NCBI RefSeq assembly: GCF_009914755.1
Contig: NC_060932.1
From: the human T2T-CHM13v2.0 reference genome, Homo sapiens
Length of the DNA stretch: 64,000 nucleotides
Strand: one strand, 5' to 3'
This document shows, piece by piece, positions 1-16,997 of the stretch. The position numbers were made by a program, and so were the translations under genes. The notes under the pieces are model-generated. The model was not told where the DNA came from. It did not search any database and saw nothing but the letters and a program-made list of their open reading frames with translations. Position 1 is the first letter of the stretch. Every line of letters starts with the position of its first letter.

Positions 1-172
<172 letters not shown>

Positions 173-558
173 TCAAATGTTTGACGCTTTTGTTCACCTT
201 TTGATTAGACAGATATTAGACAGTTTAATCAGATAACTGAAGTTTAAAGAGAAAACTTTATGATTATTTGCTCCAGTTGTGCTTCTGAATTCTGATTTTT
301 GCTTTGTTTCTCAGGTCTGAAACAAAAGTCACCTGGAAAAAAGAGCAACGGGAAAGAACAAGTCTTATGTCTACCACAGAAAAGATGATCTCCACAGACC
401 ATCAATATTTATATATAGTTTATAATACAATTAACCTAACTGGAGGTGACCATGGATTTATAGTTGGGGAACTAGTAAACACCTTCAAAATTTTAAGTGT
501 ATATGACTCAAAATAATTTATTTTGGGGATGTTTAGGCCAGTGAAGGAATATACTTAC

Positions 559-612
559 ATCACTTGAAGAGACTGTTCCTGTTTCAACAGCAACACCGCT
601 ACCACGCAGTTT
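559..612 (-). CDS. ATP6V1H: ATP6V1H exon 7 (54-nt cassette exon, KLRGSGVAVETGTVSSSD)
   Basis: Minus strand reads ttatttcgtaatag|AAA CTG CGT GGT...AGT GAT|gtaagt. Phase 0-0. Matches the 18-aa insert distinguishing the SFD-alpha and SFD-beta isoforms. Confidence 0.95.
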
Positions 613-2074
613 CTATTACGAAATAAATAACTCATTATTTAGTTTTGTTTTGATTTTATCCTAATGTATCAGCTTACAAAAGGGAGCTAAGCAAACTTTT
701 CCCCTAATTCTATGTAATAATTTTTCCCCTATAATTTTATTCCTAATCCTACTAAATAAAAAGCAAGGGGATGACATAAAATGTTCTAAATATCGTTACA
801 TTCTTCCAGATAATATATTAATCAGTAAGTAGCTAAAAATGGAACAATAATAAACTGACTACTAAGCTCCAGGTAAATTTCATGGGTAAAGCTAGTGCAA
901 ATTTCCAAGTCTTAAGATTTACTTACTGAATTGTTTTTCCAGTAAAATGACTGCCTTAAATTGAACTATCCACACTATATTCTGTAGCAAAGCTTTCAAA
1001 AATAGGTGCCTGATGTCAGGAAGGTACAATATGTGACTTGGTTATCCACAGCAAAGCTAATGAATTATAATGACAATCAAAATCTCAAATGTCATATAGA
1101 AATGACCAAAGAAAATTTAAAGAAAGTCAGAGGCTGAAAGTGCAAGAGAAAAGCAATAATGAATTTCTGAAAGGAAATGTTAACTTTGTATCATTCAATA
1201 ACTACTATCTATGAAGTACAGGCATGAGTCCCCACAACCCAAGTGCAACGCTCCAAACTACCCAAAAAGGCTTCAAAGGCCACTATAAGGTCAAAGAACA
1301 AAACATCTAAACTTGCAGCTAACTTGGACTTTTGAAAGTTTATTTCTATTAGAATCATGAAATTGTGGTACTTTTTGTGAGAGAGAAAAACACTTGTGAC
1401 AGAGAAAAAAGAGACACTCTAGATGTAGCACTATCGCATGACAATTGAGCAAAGTAGCAAGTAATATCACAAATAATTGTTACTTTTTAAAACGAAGAGT
1501 CTGAATTTTAATCATGATAGAAGGCTATGAAGAAGTGCCTGCCCACAGCAAGAGGGACAGTGCAATGAGAGCCAAGCAGAAGCAGTAGCCAGACTAAGAA
1601 GCAAGGCCAGGCTAAGCCTGGGTACCCTGAAGAGTTCCCCTGCAGCAGAAGGACCCGCAAAGCAGAGGCACTGCACAATTTAAAGTCCACAACTTAAAGC
1701 CAAACACTCTGTGATAAAAAAGAGTGCACTAAAAAGATGCAGAAAATACTTGAAGAGCATTTATCTATAAAAAGTTCAATTCTAATGAAAACTATTCTAG
1801 ACATTGAAATATTTACTTCCACTAGTGATGAGAGAAATATTCCTCCCAGTTGTTGCACATCATTACAAGCATAGTCAATCATTCCAGAAGTGACAGTCAC
1901 CTGAGAGGCACAATGTATCTGTTATTCCTAGGAGGAAAAGTTTAAGGTAGAAGTGCCCAAAAAGCTAGTAGCACGCCACGGCATCCATTCTTCCCTACCA
2001 ATTTTCATTTTATGAATTCAGCTACAGAGCCTTATTACCACTATACCTGAAAGCTAACATTACCCAGAATGAAG

Positions 2075-2389
2075 TTTTGTTTTTGTGGGGTTTTTTTTGT
2101 TTTTTGAGACAAGAGTCTCATACTGTCACTCAGGGTGGAGTGCAGTGGCACGATCACAGCTCACTACAGCCTCAACCTCCTCAGGCTCAGGTGATCCTTC
2201 TGCCTCAGCCTGCTGAGTAGCTGGAACTACAGGTGTGCACCACCACGCCCGGCTAATTGTTCTATTTTTCGTAAAGACGGGGTTTTGCTATGTTGCCCAG
2301 GCTGGTCTCAAACTCCTGGGCTCAAGTAATTGGCCTGCCTCAGCCTCCCAAAGTGCTAGGATTACAGGCATAAGCCACCACACCAGGCC
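2075..2389 (-). mobile_element. AluJ-like
   Basis: Full-length antisense Alu, TSD gaatgaagttt. Confidence 0.92.
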
Positions 2390-3259
2390 TGGAATGAAGT
2401 TTATTTAAAGGGAGAGATCATTTCAAAGCAGGAAAAAAGGGAGAAGTGTATCCTATTTAACTAACATTCTGATCCCAACCAATATGCTACATTTAGAAAT
2501 TTTAAATCTCACTTTCACAAGCATGTTTCTTACATGTTTTAAATAGCTTGTTTTTGAAATATCTCACAAACTCAATAAAATGGTGGCTCTTGTAAAAACG
2601 CTTTTTAAAACCGAGCCCCAAACCAGTTAAAATTGATGCTATTAACATAAAAAAGATTTTGATCAAGAAACTCTAAAATATCTCCATCCAAATACAAATG
2701 GCAATTAGGCTCCCCTAAAAAAGGCAGGCAACAAGACAAAAAGTAAATCTAAGCAAAATACAGTGTCTTTCTTATGCCTCAAACTAAAATCTATTAAAAT
2801 AATAAAGTCACCTGAAATCTAAATGGCAACTTTCAAAAAATTTCAAATAGACATTCATTTGTAATCTAACAACCTAATAATATTGTTTCTCCTGGTCCCA
2901 TTCCTCCTCTAGGTCACCCTCACATCAAAATCTCATTCCCTTCTACCTTTTCATCTCCAGAATCCTCCTCCCCTGTCCACCTTCAGTTCTCTCCTCTTCT
3001 GAGTATCAATCCCACCAAACCTCTTCATACCTACACTTCAACCCTGTAAGCCTGAAACTAACACTCCACAGAGCCATCATTCATGTCCTATCTTTTGCCC
3101 TGTTCTGAGGAAACATGAAGACAAAACAGAAAACTTGTCATTTTCCAAGGCATTACACCTGCAGGCTATCTTCCTCCACGAAGACATAGAGCTAGAAAGG
3201 CCTGCAAGCAACCAACATGACCAGTAGGTTCGTTAGGCCTAACTAATCCCACCCTGAAA

Positions 3260-3830
3260 CTGTGAAATTGTGAGAACGAGCCACCGTGTGGGACAGTGTC
3301 CTTTCACAGCTGGACCAGGTAGCTCCAGGCTCACCCCTTTCGCAGCTGGACCAGGTAGCTCCAGGCTCACCCAGAGGCAGCTGGAAGCACGGGAGGGACT
3401 TGGCCAGACAAGGACAAGCAGGTTAGCTAATAATGATCTAGAACATGCTGTTTGCAGTTTGAAATGCCCCTGGTGGCACCCAGGACCAGTTTGTTTATTA
3501 GTGTAATCGGTTAGACAGCTTAGCCTGGTTATGTAACCAAAAGGGCATAAAAGATCTCACTCGAATCTTTCAGAGAGCTCTCCAAAAACCAAGATTTCTC
3601 GCACAAATCTTGGTGGTTCACAATCCTGGGGCAGCCAAGGGAGCTGCGCCTGGAAATCTCTCGGCCCGAGGCATGCTCTCTCCTGCTGTACCGTTTGTTT
3701 TCCTTTATCGAAGCCTCACACGCACGTGCTCTTTGGAGCTGTGTGGGTCCTTTCAGTTCTCCAGCCTGTATCATCTTGGCAGCCACCTAGAAGAAAGGTA
3801 CTCCCTGACCCCTGAAAAGCATGACTAAGA
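3260..3830. mobile_element. Possible ancient LTR (family uncertain) containing a 36-bp tandem duplication
   Basis: GC-richer island with a TATA-like gcataaaag and LTR-like composition. Not matched confidently to any consensus. Confidence 0.3.
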
Positions 3831-4056
3831 AACCCCAAGTGGCAGAAAAGACAGAAAGGATTGAAATGAAGCCAGTCAAAGAAAGAAAAAGCAAAGCACA
3901 CTACCATATCTGAGAGTAGTTTGGTTTACTTGACAAGTTCAAAACGGCATTATTTTAATAAAACATTTTTGTAATTTAACATATTTACTATAAATAGCTT
4001 AAAAGAACACGGATGTTATATTCCTTTCAAAGGTACTTTAAAAAATTTTCTTTTAC

Positions 4057-4161
4057 CTGTGAACTCAGCTGAGTTTTTATCCAATTGAAATAGTAATTTA
4101 AGTCACTGCCTTCCATCAGTTCTTTTCCCCAAGCTGCTAACTTGGCAATAATTCTTGCTGC
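4057..4161 (-). CDS. ATP6V1H: ATP6V1H exon 6 (AARIIAKLAAWGKELMEGSDLNYYFNWIKTQLSSQ)
   Basis: ttttcag|GCA...CAG|gtaaaa. 105 nt, contained in ORF 4027..4302. Confidence 0.97.
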
Positions 4162-5910
4162 CTGAAAACAAATAAGAGATACATTTAACGCAACATTAAT
4201 TCTAAAAATCACATCATATACCTTAAAAAAAGGATTTGTAACAATTTTGCTACACAATTTCTTAACACTCAACCCCTCTAAAAATAATAGTTTATATTTC
4301 ATTTTTTAAAATATATTTTGAAACAAACATTAAAAATATATTTTTAAATATTTCCATCAAAGTGAACCCAAATTAGCTGGGTCTTAGGAATTTCTTGACA
4401 CTCCCTGTATTATTTTGAGTTTCAAAAGTAAGATTGGAATTCATTATATGACCAGCAAAAAACAGAACACAAAAATCTTTCTTAGAAGCAGACTGTCACC
4501 AAACCACTTGCCAGAATTCTAAGCAATCTCTTCAACAAACTGCCAGCCTCTCCCACACTCATTCCAAGCCACTTGGGAGTTTTAATACTTAAAAATCCAT
4601 TTCTTAGGATAATATACATCCTAGGTATTAGTCGTCTCTCCCAACATAAACAAATATCCTTTCTCCTGAAAGATTTCTCCATTTTCTTCAAGCTATAAAA
4701 CTAACCATTTTTAAAATTAAATAGGCAATATAAAGTACTAGTTCTCCATACACAAACCAATTTAATAAATATTCTATCAGTACTGAGAGCAAATCACTGT
4801 CTTAAAACTCCAAATCATTCAGCAATAATTCATCCCAGTAGAGAATGAAAGGCTACACTAGCTAACCTCAAAATAATTTCCTGTGCTGGTAGACTCATGT
4901 TTGTTCTTACATTTGAATACAGCAAACCAGTCTGACAGGTACACTTCCAAGGTCAGAATGTCAGACACTTAAGTGTTCTGGTGTATTTGGAATTCTACAA
5001 CATAGGGACTAATGGGGCGCCTTTACTTGCTCATTGAGTTGTGACATGCTGAGGTTTTCACATGCCCAGCTAAATGAATTTATAAATACATTATCTAGTT
5101 TAAACTCATCTTACTGTCACAAAATAGACAACTGACTTAAAAAGATTACTGTTAGGAGGCCAAGGATTGAAAATATTATCAGCAGTGCATGCACAAGACA
5201 AAGGAACAAGAGCATAAGCTAGCATAAGCTCTTTATCAGCACATGGTTAAACCAATGGGAGTCTGCCCCTCAGAATGTGAAAGATTGGCCAAAAGTAAAT
5301 GAAATTACCAAGAAGTTAACATGGATTTGGCTGCACAGTAATAATGAACCATTTCCTAAGTGTATATTTGTTTAATATATTTGTCAGTTTTGTTGCTATA
5401 CCATTAGGAGGACATTTAAACCAAACAGTGAAGAAAACAAGCCTCTACAATTTTAAAGAAGGAAATATATTACTGGCTTTTTGAAAAGTATTCTTTAAAA
5501 TACAGTTTATTTCATCAGTCCTCCTTAATTTCTTTTTATAGATATTTCATAATGTCCACAACATATAAATATACTATATGAATACAATATATAACTATAC
5601 TGTATGAATACATATACATGTGGAAGGAGGGAGGGAGGGAGCAAGATAACATACATGTTCAAAAATGTTTCACGGCCAGTGGCCCTTGATTTGAAAACTT
5701 TAAAAACATCTACTGAAACAAGCAGCCTCTGGAGCTACCACATGCCCCCAACAGCTCCTGCCATCCCCAACCCGTAGCCCACTCCCCAGTGGAAATAGAG
5801 AAGTCTTGTTTGTACAAAGGTTTATTCTCTCAACCCTGCTTTCAGATTCCATGAAAAATTCTTCAGTACTAGGGCTTCCAAACATAGCCTAAGTTTAAAA
5901 CAGGAGTGTA

Positions 5911-6199
5911 GGCCGGGTGCAGTGCCTCACACCTGTAATCCCAGCACTCTGGGAGGCCGAGGCAGGCAGATCACAAGGTCAGGAGTTCAAGACCAGCCTG
6001 GCCAACATGGTGAAATCCCGTCTTTACTAAAAATACAAAAATTAGATGGGCGTGGTGGCGCATGCCTGTAATCCCAGCTACTCAGGAGGCTGAGGCAGGA
6101 GAATCGCTTGAACCCGGGAGGCGGAGGTTGCAGCAAGCCGAGATCGCACAACTGCACTTCAGTCTGGCAACAGAGTGAGACCCCGTCTCAAAAAAAAAA
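5911..6199 (+). mobile_element. AluS
   Basis: Full-length, with imperfect TSD aaaacaggagtgta/aaaaccagagtgta. Confidence 0.95.
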
Positions 6200-6650
6200 C
6201 CAGAGTGTATTTAAGATATTGAAAAGCAATCAGGTAACTACTTAAAATAAAAACGAAACACAGTAGCTGCTTCAAAGTAAAATTTAATTTCTATATAGTA
6301 AAATGTAGTTAACCCCACTACAAACACTGTAGAGCTGTTTACATGTGAGAATTCTCCACAGGCTTTGATGCACTCCTTGTAGTCTACAAAACCTCAACTG
6401 CATCAGAGCAACCCTATCTCCTTCCAACTCCCAATGTCCTTTCTCTACTGAACACCAATATGGAAAGCTATGTCATAGTAGTTACTCCTATGGGAACGGA
6501 CAGGTTACTATGTCATAAAAGGCCCAGGTTTCTTTCTTACCTGAATGAGAATGTAATCACAATTCTATCTGTCAATTTTAAAATAATAATAAAACAAAAA
6601 TTTTAAAATAAAAACCTTTCTTCTTTGTATTTAAAAAAAAAAAAAAATCC

Positions 6651-6787
6651 AGCTGGGTGCAGTGGCTCACACCTGTAATCCCAGCACTTTGGGAGGCCAA
6701 GGCAGGCGGACTGCTTGAGCCCTAAAGTTCAAGACCAGCCTGGACAACATAGTGAGACCCTCTCTCTTTAAAAAAATTTTAAAAAAA
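6651..6787 (+). mobile_element. Alu left monomer / FLAM
   Basis: Single-arm Alu ending about 25 nt from the exon 5 donor. Confidence 0.85.
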
Positions 6788-6811
6788 GAATCCAATCAAT
6801 TCAAAATTTAC

Positions 6812-6925
6812 CATATGAACAGTGAAGGGATCCTGGCGATTCAACATTGGCAGAAAGTAGGGCCACGCAGTGTTCTTGCTACATCTTGCATAGTCAAAGA
6901 AAATGCTAACACGCTGATGATTTTC
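6812..6925 (-). CDS. ATP6V1H: ATP6V1H exon 5 (ENHQRVSIFFDYARCSKNTAWPYFLPMLNRQDPFTVHM)
   Basis: tttttag|GAA...ATG|gtaaat. 114 nt, phase 0-0. Confidence 0.97.
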
Positions 6926-8319
6926 CTAAAAAAGAAAAGAAATGATATCACCAGTCAGAACACATTTTGCTAAAGAATGTAACGACTGTGCACCACTTCT
7001 CAACCTCCCATCAGTCTGTGTTCTTTTTTCAGTGTGTGTGTATGTGTGATTTGTCTGTCATTATTACTACGGGGCAGGGGGTAGGGATGGTAGTAGGCAC
7101 AGATATTTTACTAAAAAAATCACCTTTAATGATTATGATTATTTTAAATCACAAAGTGTAAGACTACAAGTTACACTTCTCGGCCTGCACCTCTGACCTG
7201 CTACTCCCAATGTAACAGGTCTACACCCACCACCGATAACCAAGTGTGAACACCTGGCTGCCATACGAGGGAAATCAAAATCGGAAAGGGAGCAGGAAGA
7301 GCACAAATTAGGTCTAGATGCACCTCGAACTACTAACAAATAGGCAAGGGAAACAGGGAATTAAATGAATCGCAAATGTTCAAGTTACTTCTTAGCATAT
7401 CATGGTAGAAAACTTGGGATAAAGACAGCAGAAAACAGCATATACTACCAGTGGACATAGGATCTGAGTAAGAGAAAATTCTTAGTTCCAATCATTAAAA
7501 CTTCACCTCTCATCTAAATTTTCTCTATCACTGGCTGAGATCCACTTTCTGATTCATTATGTGAATATAGTTGTTAAACAGCAATACTTTTTTAAAAATT
7601 TTTTTACTACACCACCATATCAGCAGTAGCAATACTTTTTCTGATTAAACTTTTATTAATTTATTTATTTATTTTATTTCCATAGGTTACTCGAGAACAG
7701 GTGGTATTTGTTATGTAAGTTCTTTAGTGGTGATTTGTGGGTCATAATACTTTTTAAAAGCACAAATAACCACATAAACAAAAAATTCCTATTTTCAGAT
7801 TAACATTTAATTATTTTTAAATATAGTGGGGTTTTTTGGTTAATATTGGTCTACACTAATAATTACCCATCAAGGAATAGCCTACTGTCTCCTTAGGTAA
7901 TGAGTCATTATTGTTTAGAATAACAATTGAAATAGTTGTGATAATGATTTTATCAAGGAATCCAAAATTCAGATGAGCCATCATTGCTTCATTGGTAGAG
8001 GTATCCAGGTTACAGACCTTTAAGAGAATAAGGATAAAGAAATCTTTCCGGTCAGGTACACTTAGCAACTGCTGTTGATATCCATGCAAAGAAAACAATT
8101 TAATCCTCAAAATCAGGTGCTAAAAACTAAGCATGTGAGGAAACATAAGCAATTCTGTCCAAAAGCATTTTGTTCAGAAGTGATAAGGATGAAATGATAG
8201 GATTAAAAATAGAAAAAAAATTATTATAAATAGCACAAGGAATTATGATAAAGGTATATATAAACTTTTCCATGCAACTAAAATTTTACAAATAAAATCA
8301 ACTGCTAAACTATAATGAG

Positions 8320-8940
<621 letters not shown>

Positions 8941-8988
<48 letters not shown>

Positions 8989-9255
8989 CACACACATACA
9001 CACATTGTATATACATATATACATATGTATATACAAATGTATATATGTATATACGTATATACATATATACATATGTATATACAAATGTATATATGTATAT
9101 ACGTATATACATATACTTTGTATATATATAGTATATAGTGTGTGTATATATACACACATTTGTATATACATAGTATATATATATGCTTTGTATACAAAGT
9201 ATATGTGTGTGTGTGTATATATATACACACACACACACATACATACATACATACA
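8941..9255. repeat. Complex (TA)n/(TACA)n/(TG)n microsatellite
   Basis: About 20 AT units from 8943, followed by AT-rich purine-pyrimidine repeats with a 48-bp period. Confidence 0.97.
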
Positions 9256-9861
9256 TTGAACTGGTGGATGAGAATAATACCAGCTACCTAAATCTGAATC
9301 TCTCCACTGATCCTTCATAAATAAAGGTCGACAAAAAGATCAACTAAAAACTACACAAAACCCATGCCCTCAGGATAACAAGACAGAGAATACACATTTG
9401 TAATTAACCATAATAAAAGAAACACCAAATCCCAACAAAAGCTATCTCTCATACTCCATCACAAGCTTTTGTGGATGATAAAGTGCATCTGAAAAATGTG
9501 TGTAGAAGGAAGGATATGGGCACAGGAAGGAAGAAGTTCTAAGGTGGATCTACAATCGCCACCATAAAATAAAATAAACTCTAACTATGAAGAAACTGAA
9601 AAAGAGTACTGGTAGACCAGAGCACGAGCTACAGGGAGCAGGGAGCAGTCTTGGAAAGGCATCATTTTTGAGAGATAATAAGGTTTAAAAAAAAAGAAGA
9701 AGAAGAAGAAGAAGCATCTTTAGGAGATTGGGTGGCAAAAAGAAAAAGGAACAAAAGAGGAAACTTTAGGGTTCTGCAAGACAAAATGAGACCAAAAAAA
9801 AAAATCCAAGGGCATACAATCTGCCCCCCACCAAAAGAAAGTCATCTATTAAAGAAACTGC

Positions 9862-11103
<1,242 letters not shown>

Positions 11104-12787
11104 TGGTACTCTTGAGTGAGGAGTATTATAAACCACCCAAATCCATGATATGAATAGATGAAAGAACCCCACACAGATACAAAACTACCATAAAAAGAAA
11201 CCAAAAGATGCAAATCAAAATATCTCAGGTGATGAAATTCCTCTCCCAAGAAAACAACTGCAAAACAAAACTGTAACGTAACAATGCAAACTGAATTAAA
11301 TATCCTCAAACATCTGGAAAAATAAAATACCACCTTGAATCAGAAATTCAAAACCAAAACTGAGAAATCTGCCCCTAATAAAGGAAAATTTAAAAATAGC
11401 TGATTGAGTTCAAGAAAGAAATGAAAGAAAAGAGCAAAATGGTCTCAAAAAGTAAAACTAAATTATAAGGTGTTCAACAGAGAACAGACTCAAAAGTCAA
11501 AGAACTGTGAATCAGAGATCCTCTATCAGCCAAGCTGCTCTTCAAGTATGAAGATTACAGGAAAAAATTTTAATGCAAAAATTTAGAGACTACTGTACAC
11601 ATAAGACATTCCTGAGGAACCTACTAGCAGATAAGCTTCATCTAATTAAGAGATCCCTGGGAAAACTTTGGCAAAAGAACCAGTGGTGAAAATTTAATAT
11701 AACAAAACAAAGGTGGGAACAAGTGTAGAATAATAATATATAAATGTTATATGTTCTGACAAAGTAAAAAATAGCCACTAAAAAATGAGAAGAGAGGAAA
11801 AGTAGAATAAGTTCATTGACTGTTGCAAATAAAAAAATACTATTAAAAATGACAAGTGAAATTATAAATGAATAAAACAGGGGATTAACAGCATTAAAGG
11901 GATATAAATACAAAGATAACCAACAGAACAGACAGAAAACTTCCTAAATGCCAAAAAAGTTTAATAAAAATGCAAACAAAACACATAATGAAGAATAAAA
12001 TAGTAATGCACACAGTAATCATAACACAGTATGACAGTTGAGATCAAATTTCTTAGTAATATTCATAAATGTGGATGGTTTAATTCACCTATTAAAAAAA
12101 GGGGTTTCAACTCACAAACAAGACCCGAATCTATACTGTATACAAAAGACTTACCTAAAACAAAATGATTCACCTAAAAAAGGGACAGGCAAAGATATGC
12201 AGACAATCAGAAACAACAAGAAGCCATGAGTTGCTATACCAGTATTAAAGTATAATTTAAGCCAAAATGTATTAAGTATGATAAAAGGGACACTTTTAAT
12301 GATAAATGCCACAATTCACTGTAGATATAACACTAATGTGTATATATGCACCAAATACAGCATCCACCTTTATAAAGTGAAAAGTACAAAAGATATTAGA
12401 AAAGTAAAAAATGCATTTATAAGGGGGAGACGTTTAACATACCACTCTTAGTACAAAAAAAACCAGACCGAGAAAAAAGTAGACAAAAAGTAAAGGTATA
12501 GAAAACCTGTATCCTAAATAATAACATAATCAATAAAGTAGATCTGATAAATATAAATCAAACTTATACCCCTTAAGAAAGAATACATCTTCTCAAGGAC
12601 ACCTGGTATATTTATAAAATTGATCATATACTATAAAAAAAGTATCAGTAAATTCTATAAAGTAGAAATGTTTTTAAAACATGATATTTTGAAATCTATA
12701 ACAAAATGTTTTAAGCATTTCTGCCTGAAAATTAAAACATAAATATTAAACAACCCTCTGTGAAAGGGAACGCAGAAACTGGATTAA

Positions 12788-13166
<379 letters not shown>

Positions 13167-14602
13167 AATATTTATTTCTTGTTAATAGAAGAATGGAAAT
13201 AAATTAAAATTCCCAGTTCAAAATGCTAGTAAAAGAACAAAGTAAACAACAAAAAAGAGTAAAGGAAGAATATAATAAAGGCAAAAGCAGAAATTAAGGT
13301 AGAGAAGAGAAAAACTATAGATCAATTAATATGAAAATCCTGACTCTGAAAAAAATTAACAAAATGGGGGAGAAACACTGGTTAATCAAGAAAAAAAAAA
13401 AGCAGAAAGCACAAATAAACTAAGAAATGACATGGGGGACATAATATGCAAATAGAGAAAAAAATTTGAAGCATAAGATTTAATAAGATTAGTCTTCTAT
13501 GAAAGTAAATGTAAAAGCTTCAATACAATAATTTCCAGAGAAAATACAGATTACCAAAATTACCACCATTTGAGATAGAAAGCTTCAAATGAACAATTTC
13601 TGTAGAAGACATAGAGAAAGCTATCAAATAATTACCCCACCAAAAACAACAGGTTCAGATGTATTCACAAGGGAATTTTACCAAAACTTAGCCCTTGTAG
13701 TCCTAATGCTAAATAAATTGTTGCAAAGCATAGCAAATAAAGAAAAACCTCCAAATCCTTTTTATCAAGCAAGTATAATGCTGATACCTAAACCAAATGA
13801 AGAAAACAAAAAATAAAATAAAATTGTAAACCAATTACACATATGAACACTGAGGCAAAAATCCTACATAACAGAAAAGAGAATTCAATATCATATCAAG
13901 AAAATATGACAACATGACCAAGTGGGATTTAACCTCGAATGCAAGGTTGGTTCAGTATTATAAAATCCATTACTATAATTCACTATATTGATATATCTAA
14001 GGAGAGGGGAAAAAAAGTCATTCAATTATCTATGTAGATGCCCAGAAAATAACAGCCTTTGACAAAACTCAACACCTATTCTTAATAATAGCACTCAAAA
14101 ACTAAGAATTGACAAGTTCTTATAAGCCATAAGAATTAAAAAAGTGAAATTATCTGTTTTATAACCCATAAGAATTGAAAAAGAAGTAAAATTATCTGTT
14201 TTTGCAAAAATAGAAAATTATAAAATTTTAATTAAAATTTATAATTTACAACTTTTATAAATTAGAGAAAAATTCAATCACAAAATTAATTCAAATAAAA
14301 GAATTCACTAAGGTACCAAAACAGAAAATATACAGAGATCAATGACTTTCATATACATTAACAAACAAAAGTTCAGAGATAAAATGGAAGAGAAATGCTG
14401 TTTTTAACAGTATAATTAAGATAAAATATGAAGGTATAAACTTAACAAGAAATGTTGCAAAACCATTATGTGAAAATTACAACACTCCTGAAGACGCAGA
14501 CACACCTAACAAACGGAAAGGTATACCTTGTCCTTGGACAGAAAAATTCAGTAATATAATGATGTCATTTCTCCCTAAGTTAACTTATAAATTTATTATT
14601 AG

Positions 14603-14726
14603 TTTTTTAAATAGAGACAGGGTCTCACTATGTTGCCCAGGCTGGTTTCAAACTCCTGGCTTCAAGCGATCCTCCCACCTCAGCCTCCCAAGGTGCTAGG
14701 ATTACAGGCATGAGCTACTGCCAGGC
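14603..14726 (-). mobile_element. FLAM / Alu monomer
   Basis: Single antisense left arm. Confidence 0.85.
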
Positions 14727-16057
14727 CTTGTTTTGATTTTTTTTTTTAAATAGTAACTTACAGATTTAACACAACTTAGTAAAAACACCAACAAACTTTT
14801 TCATAGATCAAATAAGCTGACATTCCATTTCATACAAAAAAAACAACATTCAAGAAAACCTAGGTAAATACTGGGGGAAAAAAAAAACTGCGAAGGGAAC
14901 TAGCCATAAGATCCTCTATCATTAAACTGGGTGGTGCTGGAGCATGAATACACAGGCATTCCAGAAGCAAAGTATAAAAGGTACAGAAATAAATCTAGTT
15001 ATATAGGGAGGTTTGATGTTAAAGGCAGCATCTCCAACCACTATGGCAAAGACTGACATTTTAATAAATGGTGCTAGAACAACTGAATGGCCATTTGGAA
15101 AACATAAAATTAGACACATACCTTACACTATAGACAAGAACCAACTCTAAGCAGGCCAAATGTCTAACTAAAGATGAAACTATACAAGCACTAGAAAAAA
15201 ACCTTGGTGAATTCCACTGTAAACTTGGGTATAAGGAAAAGCTTTCTATTACTCAAAATCTAGATTAAAAAAATTTTTTTTTATAAATTAGACTATATAA
15301 AAAATAAAAATAAATTGTTTTACCCTGTGAAAAATGTTATAAGCTAAGACAAAAAGGTAAATAACAAACTGGGAGAAAATATTTGCACTTTGTTCAGAGA
15401 TATATGCCTAATATATAAAGAACTCCTTAAAATGGGCAAAGACATGAGCAAATAATTCAGGGAAAAAAATGTAAAAGCAACCTTTAAGGTCATCTAAAGA
15501 TGTTCAACCTCGGACACCATTCTGATAGGCAAAAATGTAACAGCTTGACAATGCCCTCTGTTGAGAAGGTTACAGGGAACCAGGCACTCACACCCTGCTG
15601 ATGAAAATGCAAAATGGAATGTCTGGCAATATCTTAACAAAAAAAACTACATATGGAGTTACCTCTTATCCAGCAATCCCATTTCTAAGAATTTACCATG
15701 AAATATACACCCAACAACACAAAAATATATTTGCACAAGGTTATTCTTTGCTTCATGATTTCTAATTCTAAAATTTGGAACCAACCACAATGTCCATCAT
15801 TACATCAGAGGCTGAGTGAACTATGGTACATCCACTAATGGGGTACCATGTAGCTGTCAAAAACAGAACAGGGAGATGAGATCTCTATGAACTGACACGT
15901 AATGATTTCTGGCATATTCTGTTAAGTGAAACAAGCAAAAAATAAGAGATTATATCTAATAAGTGTTTTATAGAAATAAGAGGGGGAAATAAAAAAATAT
16001 ACATGTGTCTGCCTGTCTATGTTCACAGAAAAAAAAAATTAAAAACCAATGATATTG

Positions 16058-16864
<807 letters not shown>

Positions 16865-16997
16865 TTACAGTATTTCATGAAAAATAATCACTCTGAAACT
16901 TGAACACAGTATTCTGACTATATACCCTGAGTTTAAAACAAAAAACTGCAAACAAATACTGAACTCCAGGTAAAAGACTTGTTTTTTGTGTGTATGT

